A DNA stretch of 63,822 nucleotides, the filler included. It is 6 parts of 6 records of this genome, joined end to end, with 100 filler letters (N's around TTAATTAATTAA, not from the genome) between each part and the next. Parts side by side here need not be neighbours in the genome. Positions count along the whole stretch, not along the records: positions 26,802 to 54,053 come from DRR723986_5344; positions 54,154 to 63,822 come from DRR723986_5378; 4 more parts are not named here. One strand, 5' to 3'. Both the position numbers and the translations under genes were made by a program. A model generated the notes under the pieces. That model searched no databases, was not told where the DNA came from, and saw nothing but the letters and a program-made list of their open reading frames with translations. Below, in pieces: positions 52,176 through 61,704 of the stretch. The first letter of the stretch is position 1. The number at the start of each line of letters is the position of its first letter.

Positions 52176-53636
52176 GTGAAGAGTGAAAAATCATTAAGCC
52201 GTCAATCTGTTGAAGGCACTGCGCTTTTAATGGCCACACGTTTTACCGTCAGGTTGATTGGTTTTGTTTCTGTTTCCTTCACGGCACGGTTGCTGACCCC
52301 CGAGGATTTTGGTTTGGTCGGCGCCGCTAGTATCATCATTGGTTTGTTCGCGATACTGAATCAGATCGGCGTAAACGAATATATTATTCGAACAAAAAAT
52401 ATCGATGATGATGAACTCCGTACAATATGGACACTGCGGCTGCTTATTTCAGGGATTGTGGCGCTTGCACTTTTTTTCACTGCTCCTTTGACCGCTTCAA
52501 TTTTACAGGAGGATAGGCTCGTTGAAGTGGTTCAGGCTCTTAGTGTCGCTCTATTTTTAGGGGGACTGCAAAGCCCAGCATCTGCTTATTTCAACCGCAA
52601 TTTAGAGTATGGGAAAGAGTTTTTCCTGAAATCAGCGGACAAAGTTTTTTTGGTAGTAGTGACAATTACGTGCGCATATATATTCAGAACCTATTGGGCT
52701 CTGGTTTGGGGGCAACTGGCTGGCGCAGCTTTCTCCATAGTGTCGTCCCAAGTGGCGCGACCCTTTAAGTTCAAGCTATCCCTCTCAAAGTCGTCTATTT
52801 TGGGTAGTTTCGCCTTCTGGACTTTAATGTTGAAGTTAAACTGGTACGGGGTAAGGCATGTGGATGAATGGATTGCGAAACGTTCAAGCGATTCAGCCGG
52901 GTTCGGTGCCTATCATATTGCTCAAGACCTATGCCGTCTATTCGTTGCAGAGATTCTAGCACCCGCAGGACAAGTATTTTTCCCGGGAGTGTCAAAAGTG
53001 CAAGATGACCCTATACGATTGAACGAGGTTGTTAGTCGCTTTGCGGGGGCTTCATTTCTTGTCGCATTTGCCGTTGCCGCTGGCATATCTGCCGTAGCAT
53101 CAGAACTGGTTTATTTGTTGCTAGGCTATCAATGGGGTCAGGCCATTGTCTATATGCCGTATATCGCAACGGGAACCGCGGCCGTTGTTTTGGTAGATTT
53201 GTTCGGTGGCTTGTACGTAATTAAAGACCAGCAAAATATTGCAACGCGCTTTAAATTTTTCAGATTGATTTTACTCATACTTTTCTGTGGTTACGCGGCA
53301 AAATATGGTTACGGCCTTTTGGGTGTTGCAATAGCGTTTTCGCTCGTTTCAATAGCGTCTGCGTTTAGTGAGCTGGCGTGGTTGTTTTCCGGATCCAGGT
53401 ATCGTGTTTCATTACTAAAAGAAAGTTGGAGGCCAGCCTTGGCCGCCTATGCCATGTATAGTGCGGTGTCAGCTATTGCCCTTCCGGAAACATGGCCATT
53501 GATTATTGTTGCCGCAGTAAAGGTGATAGCGGGGGCAGCATGCTATGTGGCATTGGTGGCAGTGTTATGGTGGCTCTCAGGTCGTCCAAAAGGTGGCGAA
53601 ACTGAAATTTTAGAACGTGTGCTTGACTATCGTTAA
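52176..53636 (+). CDS. Wzx-type polysaccharide flippase
   Basis: ARLLTPEDFG, YWALVWGQ, LLLGYQW; multi-TM. Confidence 0.9.
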   Translation: MKSEKSLSRQSVEGTALLMATRFTVRLIGFVSVSFTARLLTPEDFGLVGAASIIIGLFAILNQIGVNEYIIRTKNIDDDELRTIWTLRLLISGIVALALFFTAPLTASILQEDRLVEVVQALSVALFLGGLQSPASAYFNRNLEYGKEFFLKSADKVFLVVVTITCAYIFRTYWALVWGQLAGAAFSIVSSQVARPFKFKLSLSKSSILGSFAFWTLMLKLNWYGVRHVDEWIAKRSSDSAGFGAYHIAQDLCRLFVAEILAPAGQVFFPGVSKVQDDPIRLNEVVSRFAGASFLVAFAVAAGISAVASELVYLLLGYQWGQAIVYMPYIATGTAAVVLVDLFGGLYVIKDQQNIATRFKFFRLILLILFCGYAAKYGYGLLGVAIAFSLVSIASAFSELAWLFSGSRYRVSLLKESWRPALAAYAMYSAVSAIALPETWPLIIVAAVKVIAGAACYVALVAVLWWLSGRPKGGETEILERVLDYR

Positions 53637-53713
53637 GTTCGGACGCCTGTTATTCTCGCAAGCAAATACCGGAATCGAAGCACGCGTTCCGCACGCCCAG
53701 TAAAGGAACTATT

Positions 53714-54053
53714 TTGACATCTGTTACAAGAATTAATGCGAGCGGCATCGAGGTGCCGCTATTAGTGACAGAAGCGAAGGGCGAGGTGCAATACATATTG
53801 CTTCTGCTGCCCGCATTGGGCATTCGCGCAAAATTTTACACTAAATTGGCAGTTGGCTTGTCTGCACATGGTATATCAACTGTAGTTATGGAACAGCGCG
53901 GCAACGGTGAAAGTCCCTACCGACCGGGTGATGGTACCACCTTTGGTTTGCGCGACTATATGAACGTTGATATTTCCGCTGCAACTGATTGGGTCCAAAC
54001 ATACTATCCAAATACACAAATTTATATCGGCGGGCATAGCCTCGGTGGACACA
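53714..54053 (+). CDS. Alpha/beta hydrolase (3'-truncated)
   Basis: PALGI...FY, QRGNGES, GHSLGG. Confidence 0.8.
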
Positions 54054-54153
54054 NNNNNNNNNNNNNNNNNNNNNNNNNNNNNNNNNNNNNNNNNNNNTTA
54101 ATTAATTAANNNNNNNNNNNNNNNNNNNNNNNNNNNNNNNNNNNNNNNNNNNN
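54054..54153. other. Artificial contig linker
   Basis: N-padded TTAATTAATTAA. Confidence 0.99.
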
Positions 54154-54640
54154 GCTGGCGGTGAACCTGCGCATGGCGATGTATTCTGCGGCGCTAACCC
54201 CCTACATCGGCGCGGCCCCGCTGTGGCAACGGGCGCTGGCCGCCTATTTGACCGTGGATCAATCCTATGTGGTCTCGGTCGCCGAATATGAACGCCGCCC
54301 CGAGATGTCTATCCCGATGCGGATGGCCTATTTCTTTGGCGTGGTCACACCGATTGTGCCGCTTTGGTACGGGTTTACCTTTATTGGTGCCTACCTCGGC
54401 GCGTGGTTTCCTGATGGCTGGGCGCTGGATTTTGCAATTCCGATCACCTTTCTGGCAATGATCGCCCCGATGTTCCGCACGTTGGCCCATGTGGTCGCCG
54501 CATTGGTGGCCGTGGTGGTCAGCCTTTTGGCCGCTGGCATCCCCTATTCGCTGGGCCTGATGGTGGCTGGCATTGTCGGAATGATGGCCGGAGCGCAAAC
54601 GGAGCTTTGGCAGGAACGCAAACGGGGGCGGGCAGAATGA
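54154..54640 (+). CDS. azlC: AzlC family branched-chain amino acid exporter permease (5'-truncated)
   Basis: VNLRMAMYSAAL, LTVDQSY, LDFAIPITF. Confidence 0.88.
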
Positions 54641-54963
54641 TCGACAAACCCACCCTCTGGATCGTGATGATCGCCCTTGGTATCGGCAGTTTTTTCCTGC
54701 GCTTTGTCTTTACCGGCCTGGTTGGATCACGGGCCATGCCCGATTGGTTGCTGCGGCACTTGCGTTATACCGCAGTCGCCATCCTGCCCGCCCTTGTCGC
54801 GCCGCAGGTGATCTGGCCGCAAGCCACGGGCGGCGAGACAGAGCCGGCCCGCCTCGCGGCGGCTTGCGTCACACTGTTGGTTGGATTGCTCAGCAAAAAC
54901 GTGATCGCGGCGATCCTGTCAGGCGCATTCACGTTGTATGGGCTGTTGTATCTGCTGGGGTGA
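54637..54963 (+). CDS. azlD: AzlD domain protein
   Basis: FLRF...LRYTAVAILPALVAP; ATGA overlap with azlC. Confidence 0.88.
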   Translation: MIDKPTLWIVMIALGIGSFFLRFVFTGLVGSRAMPDWLLRHLRYTAVAILPALVAPQVIWPQATGGETEPARLAAACVTLLVGLLSKNVIAAILSGAFTLYGLLYLLG

Positions 54964-54969
54964 GGCCAC

Positions 54970-55575
54970 TTATTGCGCCAACTGGCCAGCCTTCACCGCG
55001 TCGATCACATCGCCGGCGTCATTCTCATAAAGACGCGTCGTGCGCACCCCGGGAAAGGTTTCGATCTGTTCCATCAGTTTGACCGGATAGAACGTCTGTT
55101 TGACGCCCTCAAACCCGTCAATCTGGCTGAGGATCCCGGTCGTCGCATTGGCGCAGAACGCCCCCGGCACCGCGCCATTGGCCTGCACCAGACGCAAGGC
55201 TTGCTCCGCCTGTTCCGGCGTGACGACAAATTCCTGACTGACCACGTGATAGGTGCTGCGGGCATGCGCCGATTTATAAGCCTGAAGCCAACCGGGCGTT
55301 ACACCGTAAAGCACATCACCCCGTTCGGTGACACGCGGATCACGGAACGATCCGGCCGGATCGAAGATCACCCGCTGTGATCCGTTGACCATCAACGCGG
55401 TGTGCCCGCCACTGCCAGTGCGGTTGTTGACCATGGTAAAAATGGTCAGGGTCTTTGGCCCCGGCGCCTGATAGGCGGCCGCTTGCACGGCTTCGATCGG
55501 GCTGTCGGGACTGGTGTCTGCGGCACATCCCGCCAACAAGACGACCAGTGCCAGACCAGCAAAATAACGTGTCAC
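54970..55575 (-). CDS. Conserved hypothetical lipoprotein
   Basis: Lipobox LAGC; GGHTALM...FDPAGSF...FCAN. Confidence 0.75.
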   Translation of the reverse strand: MTRYFAGLALVVLLAGCAADTSPDSPIEAVQAAAYQAPGPKTLTIFTMVNNRTGSGGHTALMVNGSQRVIFDPAGSFRDPRVTERGDVLYGVTPGWLQAYKSAHARSTYHVVSQEFVVTPEQAEQALRLVQANGAVPGAFCANATTGILSQIDGFEGVKQTFYPVKLMEQIETFPGVRTTRLYENDAGDVIDAVKAGQLAQ

Positions 55576-55603
55576 AAAAACACCTTTGTGTTTGGCAACC
55601 GCC

Positions 55604-55738
55604 TTAGCGGATAAAAATTGCCATCAGCACCAGCAGAACCAAAATCACAATCACGGTTTTGGTTGTAAAAGACATGAAGCCGGCAAAAGTCTTTTCCTGC
55701 GCTTCGTAGTTCATGCTGCCATGTTCGTGTTCGGCCAT
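55604..55738 (-). CDS. ctaH: aa3-type cytochrome c oxidase subunit IV (absent from ORF track)
   Basis: MAEHEHGSMNYEAQEKTFAGFMSFTTKTVIVILVLLVLMAIFIR*; GAGG RBS. Confidence 0.9.
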   Translation of the reverse strand: MAEHEHGSMNYEAQEKTFAGFMSFTTKTVIVILVLLVLMAIFIR

Positions 55739-55842
55739 TTTGCGGTCCTCGGTAAATTGGTTTGCGGGTTTGCTATCCTAATTGCACGGCGCTGTCACGC
55801 GGTCAAAGCATCAGATCGTCACATCCCTGAGCCGCCCTTTGC

Positions 55843-56322
55843 CTAGGCCGGATCGTCGCCGGATTTCTCCAGATCCTCGACCAGCCGGAAGCCAATCCGG
55901 TTCGGGGCGGCATTTTCCACCCGTTTCGGCAATGCCCGCAGTACGACGTTAAGCTGGCTCACATGCTGGATCAGCTGGGTTCGCCCCCCGGTTTGGTCTG
56001 TCCCGTAGAATGTCACGATATCGGGGTCAAAATAGCCCATGCCCTCGATCCGCAGCACTCCGGCTTCGGTGCCGGTAAAGCCCATGGCGACCTCGTGTTC
56101 ATTGTCGAGCTGTTCCTCAAAATTCTTGAGATACAGCACCACACGCTCATACGCCCATTGCGCAGGCGATTTCTGCGTCACCGGCTTGTCCTTGACGCTT
56201 TGCGGGATTTCCTGATCGCAGGCATTGCGGCTGGACGGATCGGAATGCACCTCATGCACACGCGGCATGGCATCCGCCTCAAAAGCTTCGGCGGCGGTCC
56301 TGATTTCATCATCCATTGGCAA
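55843..56322 (-). CDS. DUF6173-like conserved protein
   Basis: SPAQWAYER...FEEQLD...GYFDPDIVTFYG...LIQHVSQL...RIGF. Confidence 0.75.
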   Translation of the reverse strand: MPMDDEIRTAAEAFEADAMPRVHEVHSDPSSRNACDQEIPQSVKDKPVTQKSPAQWAYERVVLYLKNFEEQLDNEHEVAMGFTGTEAGVLRIEGMGYFDPDIVTFYGTDQTGGRTQLIQHVSQLNVVLRALPKRVENAAPNRIGFRLVEDLEKSGDDPA

Positions 56323-56325
56323 TTT

Positions 56326-57378
56326 CTAGTCCTTGCGTTGATACACCCATGCACCGTCCGCCTCGCGTTTGTCGCGCGTGGCGAGGCCGGTTTGGTAAAG
56401 GTGGCTCAAATGCGCGACGGACTCAACCAAGGCCAAGCCATATTCCGCCTCTCCTATCGATCTTTTGAACAGCGGCGGGAAACATTCAGAGGCCGCTTTG
56501 GGCGTTTCGATGAAGGCCAATAGCCGATCGAGCGCGCCATGGTGATTCTCAATCAGCTGCGACATGCGTTTGGGCAGTCCCGTGAACGGCAACTTATGCC
56601 CGCCCAGGACCAGATGATCAGGCCGCGCCATCGGAGCCAGCCGTTCGCAGGCCTCAAGCCATTCGCCGATAGGGTCCGCCATCGGCTCAGTTGGGTAAAC
56701 GCCGACATTGGGGCTTATGGACGGCAGGATCTGATCGCCCGCAATCACCAGATTGTCATCGCGGCTCCAGAATGTGGCGTGTTCGGGGGCGTGGCCGTTG
56801 CCCATATGCACATCCCAAAGGCGCCCGCCCATGGTGATCGTGTCGTCCTGTTTGATCCGGGTATAGCCCAGCGGCAAGGGCGCGACGATATCGGCAAAGT
56901 TGAACGGTCGGTCCGTCCTGCGTTTTTCAAAAATCTCGTTGTCCATACCCGACTGGCGATAAAAGCTGAGCGTTTCGGCGGGAGCCACCTCTTGTTCATC
57001 CAGCGTCAGCATCCGCGCCGTCAGCCATGCGGTGCGCGTCGTCACCAATTCGGCACCAAATTCGGTCTGAAACCATCCCGCGAGGCCCACATGATCAGGG
57101 TGATGGTGGGTCACCACAACCCGCGAGATCGGCTTGCGCCCCAGTGGGCCATCCATGGCTTCCTGCCAGATCGCCTTGGACTTTTTCGATGAAAATCCGG
57201 TGTCAATGATGGTCCAACTGTCACCTTCGTCCAGCGCATAAACGTTCACATGGTCCAGCTTCATCGGCAATGGCATCCGCAGCCACAATACACCCGGCGC
57301 GACCTCGATCGCCTCGGTTCCATGGGCGGGCGGTGTGTCCCAAGGATAGCGGATACCTTCGGGTGCAAAATCGGCCAT
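56326..57378 (-). CDS. MBL-fold metallo-hydrolase
   Basis: IDTG, THHHPDH, GHAPEH, GDQ, GH. Confidence 0.92.
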   Translation of the reverse strand: MADFAPEGIRYPWDTPPAHGTEAIEVAPGVLWLRMPLPMKLDHVNVYALDEGDSWTIIDTGFSSKKSKAIWQEAMDGPLGRKPISRVVVTHHHPDHVGLAGWFQTEFGAELVTTRTAWLTARMLTLDEQEVAPAETLSFYRQSGMDNEIFEKRRTDRPFNFADIVAPLPLGYTRIKQDDTITMGGRLWDVHMGNGHAPEHATFWSRDDNLVIAGDQILPSISPNVGVYPTEPMADPIGEWLEACERLAPMARPDHLVLGGHKLPFTGLPKRMSQLIENHHGALDRLLAFIETPKAASECFPPLFKRSIGEAEYGLALVESVAHLSHLYQTGLATRDKREADGAWVYQRKD

Positions 57379-59090
57379 TACGCAATCAACTCTTCTGTTG
57401 TGAGGGCAAATAAGTCTTTGTCGCCTGCCTGTGCATGCGCCAAAAGGCCCTGATGTTCCGGCAATAGCCGTTGAATATAAAAACGCGCCAGTTTTTCCCG
57501 TGGCCCGCCGATGTCCGCCTTGGCAGACAGCAGATGCAAATGCCCGCCCAGAACCCGTGCAAAAGATCGCAGGTAAGGCACCGCCCCGGCAAATCGTGCG
57601 TTCATATCCGTCTGCGCCACCATCCAGTCGGTCGCCTCGCGCAGGGTTTCGCACGACTGCCAGACCGCATCGGCCATATTTGGGAAATGCACCCGTGCGC
57701 CTTCAATCTCGGCTTCGATCTCGTCCAAAAGCCGGTTTGCGGCCTCGCCGCCGTCCAGCATTTTGCGCCCCACCAAATCCATCGCCTGAATGCCGTTGGT
57801 GCCTTCATAGATCGCCGTCACCCGCACATCACGGCTGTATTGTGCCGCGCCTGTCTCTTCGATCACGCCCATGCCGCCATGCACCTGCAATCCGGTCTGC
57901 GCGACCTCGATCCCGACATCAGATCCGAACGCCTTGGCAATCGGGGTCAAGAACGCCGCCCGCGCGGTCCAGTCCGCAGCGCCGGTGGCGCGGCCCATAT
58001 CAATCGCATGGGCGCAAGACAGCGCAATCGCCCGCGCCGCATAGGTGTCGGCCTTCATAGTCATCAGCATACGGCGCACATCCGCATGCTCTGCAATTGT
58101 GCCCGTGCCGTCCGCGCCCGCCCGCCCCTGTTTGCGTTCCATTGCATAGGCCATCGCCTGCTGGCAGGCCGCTTCGGCCACGCCAATCCCCTGCCCGCCA
58201 ACACCCAAACGGGCATTGTTCATCATGGTAAACATCGCGGCCATCCCGCCATGCTCCGGTCCAACCAGCCAACCGGTTGCACCATCATATTGCATCACCG
58301 CGGTTGGCGATCCATGCAGGCCCATTTTGTGTTCCAAACTGACCACCGAGAGCGTGTTGCCCCTGCCCGGATCGCCGTTGTCGTCCGGCAAATACTTCGG
58401 CACCAGAAACAGGCTGATCCCCTTGGTGCCTGCCGGGGCATCGGGCAAGCGTGCCAACACAAGATGGCAGACATTGGCGGCAAAATCGTTGTCGCCCCAT
58501 GAAATGTAGATCTTTTGTCCGGTGATCGCATAGGTGCCATCGCCGTTGTCCACCGCCTTGGACGACAATGCCCCCACATCTGATCCGGCCTGCGGTTCGG
58601 TCAGGTTCATCGTCCCCGTCCATTCGCCGCTGATCAGCTTGGGCAGATACAGCGTCTTGATCGCGTCTGAGGCATGATGTTCCAATGCCTCAATCTGGCC
58701 CAGAGACATCAAAGGGGCCAGTTGCAGCGACAGGCACGCGCCGCTCATCATCTCGTTCACCGCGTAGGTCAGGCTCATCGGCAGGCCCATCCCGCCATAG
58801 TCCGGGTCCGCTGACATCCCGATCCAGCCCCCATCTGCAATCGCCTTGAACCCCTCGGCATAGGCGGGCGAGGTCCGAACCACACCGTTGTCCAACCGCG
58901 CGGGATGCAGATCGCCGGCCCTTTGCAACGGGGCCAACACCGCGTCACACATCTTGCCAGCCTCAGACAGGATCGCCTTGGACATATCTTGGGTGGCATC
59001 GGCAAATCGCGTGGTCTCGCTGAGGGCGGCGAAATCAATCACCTGTGCCAGAAGGAAGTCAAAGTCATCGACAGCGGCGCGATATGGCAT
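57378..59090 (-). CDS. Acyl-CoA dehydrogenase (DmdC/MMPA-CoA dehydrogenase-like clade)
   Basis: GTMNLTEPQAGSDVG, GTKGISLF, EHKMGLHGSPT, IYEGTNGIQA. Confidence 0.9.
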   Translation of the reverse strand: MPYRAAVDDFDFLLAQVIDFAALSETTRFADATQDMSKAILSEAGKMCDAVLAPLQRAGDLHPARLDNGVVRTSPAYAEGFKAIADGGWIGMSADPDYGGMGLPMSLTYAVNEMMSGACLSLQLAPLMSLGQIEALEHHASDAIKTLYLPKLISGEWTGTMNLTEPQAGSDVGALSSKAVDNGDGTYAITGQKIYISWGDNDFAANVCHLVLARLPDAPAGTKGISLFLVPKYLPDDNGDPGRGNTLSVVSLEHKMGLHGSPTAVMQYDGATGWLVGPEHGGMAAMFTMMNNARLGVGGQGIGVAEAACQQAMAYAMERKQGRAGADGTGTIAEHADVRRMLMTMKADTYAARAIALSCAHAIDMGRATGAADWTARAAFLTPIAKAFGSDVGIEVAQTGLQVHGGMGVIEETGAAQYSRDVRVTAIYEGTNGIQAMDLVGRKMLDGGEAANRLLDEIEAEIEGARVHFPNMADAVWQSCETLREATDWMVAQTDMNARFAGAVPYLRSFARVLGGHLHLLSAKADIGGPREKLARFYIQRLLPEHQGLLAHAQAGDKDLFALTTEELIA

Positions 59091-59222
59091 GGGCAATACT
59101 CCTGTTAGGGCGTGCAGGCGCTTGGCAAACACGATCCTGCCCTGCTAAGGGCTGCTGGTATTGAGATCAGCATGAAACGGCAACCGCAGTCCCGCAACCT
59201 GAACGCGGCGTCACGCATAGAG

Positions 59223-60164
59223 ATGGACATGGACACAAAAATCCTCTCCGCCACGCAGGATGGCATCGCCAGTGCAGCCGCGTTGCTGCGCCAAGGGGGT
59301 TTGGTCGCCTTCCCGACAGAGACGGTTTACGGCCTTGGCGCGGATGCCACCAATGGACAGGCGGTTGCGGGAATTTACGAGGCAAAAGGCCGGCCCAGTT
59401 TCAACCCTCTGATTGTGCATCTGGCCGATGCGGCGATGGCGCGGGACTACGCAAAATGGTCCGATGCCGCCGAAATACTCGCAAGCGCCTTTTGGCCCGG
59501 CCCGCTTACACTGGTTTTGCCGTTGCGCGATGACCAAGGGTTATCGCCCTTGGTGACGGCTGGCCTGGACAGCATTGCCCTGCGGGTGCCGATGCACCCC
59601 GCCGCGCGGCGTCTTCTGGCCGAATTTGGCGGGCCGGTTGCCGCCCCCTCTGCCAACCCATCAGGCCGGATCAGCGCCACAACCGCCGATCATGTCATGG
59701 CCGGGCTCGCCGGGCGGATTGCGGCGGTTCTGGACGATGGTCCATGTACCGTTGGACTGGAAAGCACGATTGTCGGTCTCACCGGCCCTGATCCAGTGGT
59801 GCTGCGTGCAGGTGGCCTGCCGCAAGAGGCGATTGAGGCTGCGCTGGGTCAACCTGTGCAAAACGCCCAAGGGTCCGAGATCATCGCGCCGGGGCAACTG
59901 GCCTCCCATTATGCGCCAGATGCGGCTGTGCGGTTAAACGCGACCTCCGCACGGGGTGACGAGATCCTGCTGGGCTTTGGTCCGATGGTCTGTGATCTGA
60001 ACCTGTCAGCCTCCGGTGATCTGACCGAAGCGGCCGCCAACCTCTTTGGGCATCTGCATCAGCTCAACAGCACCCGCCGCCCGATTGCGGTGGCGCCTGT
60101 ACCGATGCAGGGGCTGGGCCGTGCGATCAATGATCGTTTGCAACGCGCCGCCGCACCCCGCTGA
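59223..60164 (+). CDS. sua5: L-threonylcarbamoyladenylate synthase, Sua5 type
   Basis: FPTETVYGLG, KGRPSFNPLIVH, APSANPSG, GLESTI, PGQLASHYAP. Confidence 0.95.
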   Translation: MDMDTKILSATQDGIASAAALLRQGGLVAFPTETVYGLGADATNGQAVAGIYEAKGRPSFNPLIVHLADAAMARDYAKWSDAAEILASAFWPGPLTLVLPLRDDQGLSPLVTAGLDSIALRVPMHPAARRLLAEFGGPVAAPSANPSGRISATTADHVMAGLAGRIAAVLDDGPCTVGLESTIVGLTGPDPVVLRAGGLPQEAIEAALGQPVQNAQGSEIIAPGQLASHYAPDAAVRLNATSARGDEILLGFGPMVCDLNLSASGDLTEAAANLFGHLHQLNSTRRPIAVAPVPMQGLGRAINDRLQRAAAPR

Positions 60165-60177
60165 TCCGGCTTTTTGG

Positions 60178-60747
60178 CTAGGCGTGGCCGGCTGTGGCCG
60201 ACAGTCCCAAAGGATCAATCCCGATGCTTTCCAGCGCCGCCGCCCATTTCTTGTCATCGGTCATCCCAAACACCAGACCCGGCGGCACATCGCAGGTCAG
60301 CCAGCCGTTTTGCGCAATCTCGCCCTCAAGCTGCCCCGGACCCCAGCCGGAATACCCAAGCATCAGCAGGCTGCTTTCTGGTCCGTTGCCCTGTGCGATG
60401 TCTTCCAGAATATCCAGCGTCGCCGTAAGGGCAAAGCCCGGCGCAATCCTCAGCGTATGGATCGCAGAGCAATACTCATCCGAATGCAAAACAAATCCAC
60501 GCCCTGTTTCAACAGGACCGCCAAAATGCACCCCATGCAAAGGTCCGCCGGAGGGTGGTGCGCTTTCCAACTGATCCAGCACATCGGCAAGCGACACGCC
60601 CGGCGCGGGCTTGTTCACGATCAGCCCCATCGCCCCTTCATCCGAGTGGGACACAAGGTAAATCACCGAGTGGTCAAACCGCGGATCGCCCATGCCGGGC
60701 ATCGCGACAAGCAGCTTTCCAGTGAGATCCAGCGCCTGATCGGCCAT
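60178..60747 (-). CDS. YqgE/AlgH family protein
   Basis: LLVAMPGMGDPRF, GGPV, GYSGWGPGQLEGE. Confidence 0.93.
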   Translation of the reverse strand: MADQALDLTGKLLVAMPGMGDPRFDHSVIYLVSHSDEGAMGLIVNKPAPGVSLADVLDQLESAPPSGGPLHGVHFGGPVETGRGFVLHSDEYCSAIHTLRIAPGFALTATLDILEDIAQGNGPESSLLMLGYSGWGPGQLEGEIAQNGWLTCDVPPGLVFGMTDDKKWAAALESIGIDPLGLSATAGHA

Positions 60748-60881
60748 CAACATTATCCCCAAATTTCCCGTTCAGGATGCACCCTCACCGCCAGCGGGGC
60801 AAGGGGCGCGGCACAAAGGCGCGAAACATGGCTGATGCAAACGTGACTTGGCTGTGACGCCGGATTGTCCCATGTAGGGGT

Positions 60882-61703
60882 ATGATCAAACGTCTATACA
60901 GCTCGCTCGCGCTTTGTGGCGCAATGGCCCTTTTTGCGCCCCTGCCCGCAATGGCGCAGGACGCTTTCGAGATCCCGGTCACCGGCGACATTCTGACCGG
61001 ATGGCAGCAGACCGACGGCAGCCGCGTGGCCGCGTTGCGACTGACGTTGCTGCCGGGGTGGAAGACCTATTGGCGCACCCCCGGCGATGCGGGTATCCCG
61101 CCGCAGTTCAATTGGTCGAAGTCCGGCAATCTCAAAGCGGTGCGGGTGATCTGGCCCACGCCAGAGGTGTTTAGCCAAAGCGGGATGCGCACCATTGGCT
61201 ATGCCCGCGAACTGGTCTTGCCCTTAGCCATCGCGCCGCGCCGGTCAGGCCAGCCGATCAATCTGCATGCCACGCTGGACATTGGCGTGTGCAGCGACAT
61301 CTGCGTGCCGCAACAACTGACCCTGAGCGCAACCCTGGACAGCACATCGGCCAAGCCAACCCCGGTGATTGCCGCCGCTTTGGCGTCGCGGCCCTATTCT
61401 GCCAAAGAGGCGGGCGTCAAATCCGCCACCTGCGCCCTGCGGCCCACATCAGATGGGTTGCAGATCACCGCCAAGCTGACCCTGCCCCACGCGGGCGGCA
61501 AAGAGGTGGTGGTGTTTGAAACCCCGAACCCCGACCTATGGATGAGCGAAACCCGCGCAAGCCGGTCCGGCAAAACGCTGACGGTTCAGGCGGAACTGGC
61601 CTCGGTCAGTGGCAGTGCCGTGGCGATCAACCGATCCAATATGGTGATCACCGTGCTGGGAAAAAAACACGCGGTGGAGATCAAAGGCTGCGCCCCGCGT
61701 TAG
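60882..61703 (+). CDS. DsbD N-terminal-like domain periplasmic protein
   Basis: GWKTYWRTPGDAGIPP, WPTP, CSDICVP. Confidence 0.88.
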   Translation: MIKRLYSSLALCGAMALFAPLPAMAQDAFEIPVTGDILTGWQQTDGSRVAALRLTLLPGWKTYWRTPGDAGIPPQFNWSKSGNLKAVRVIWPTPEVFSQSGMRTIGYARELVLPLAIAPRRSGQPINLHATLDIGVCSDICVPQQLTLSATLDSTSAKPTPVIAAALASRPYSAKEAGVKSATCALRPTSDGLQITAKLTLPHAGGKEVVVFETPNPDLWMSETRASRSGKTLTVQAELASVSGSAVAINRSNMVITVLGKKHAVEIKGCAPR

Positions 61704-61704
61704 G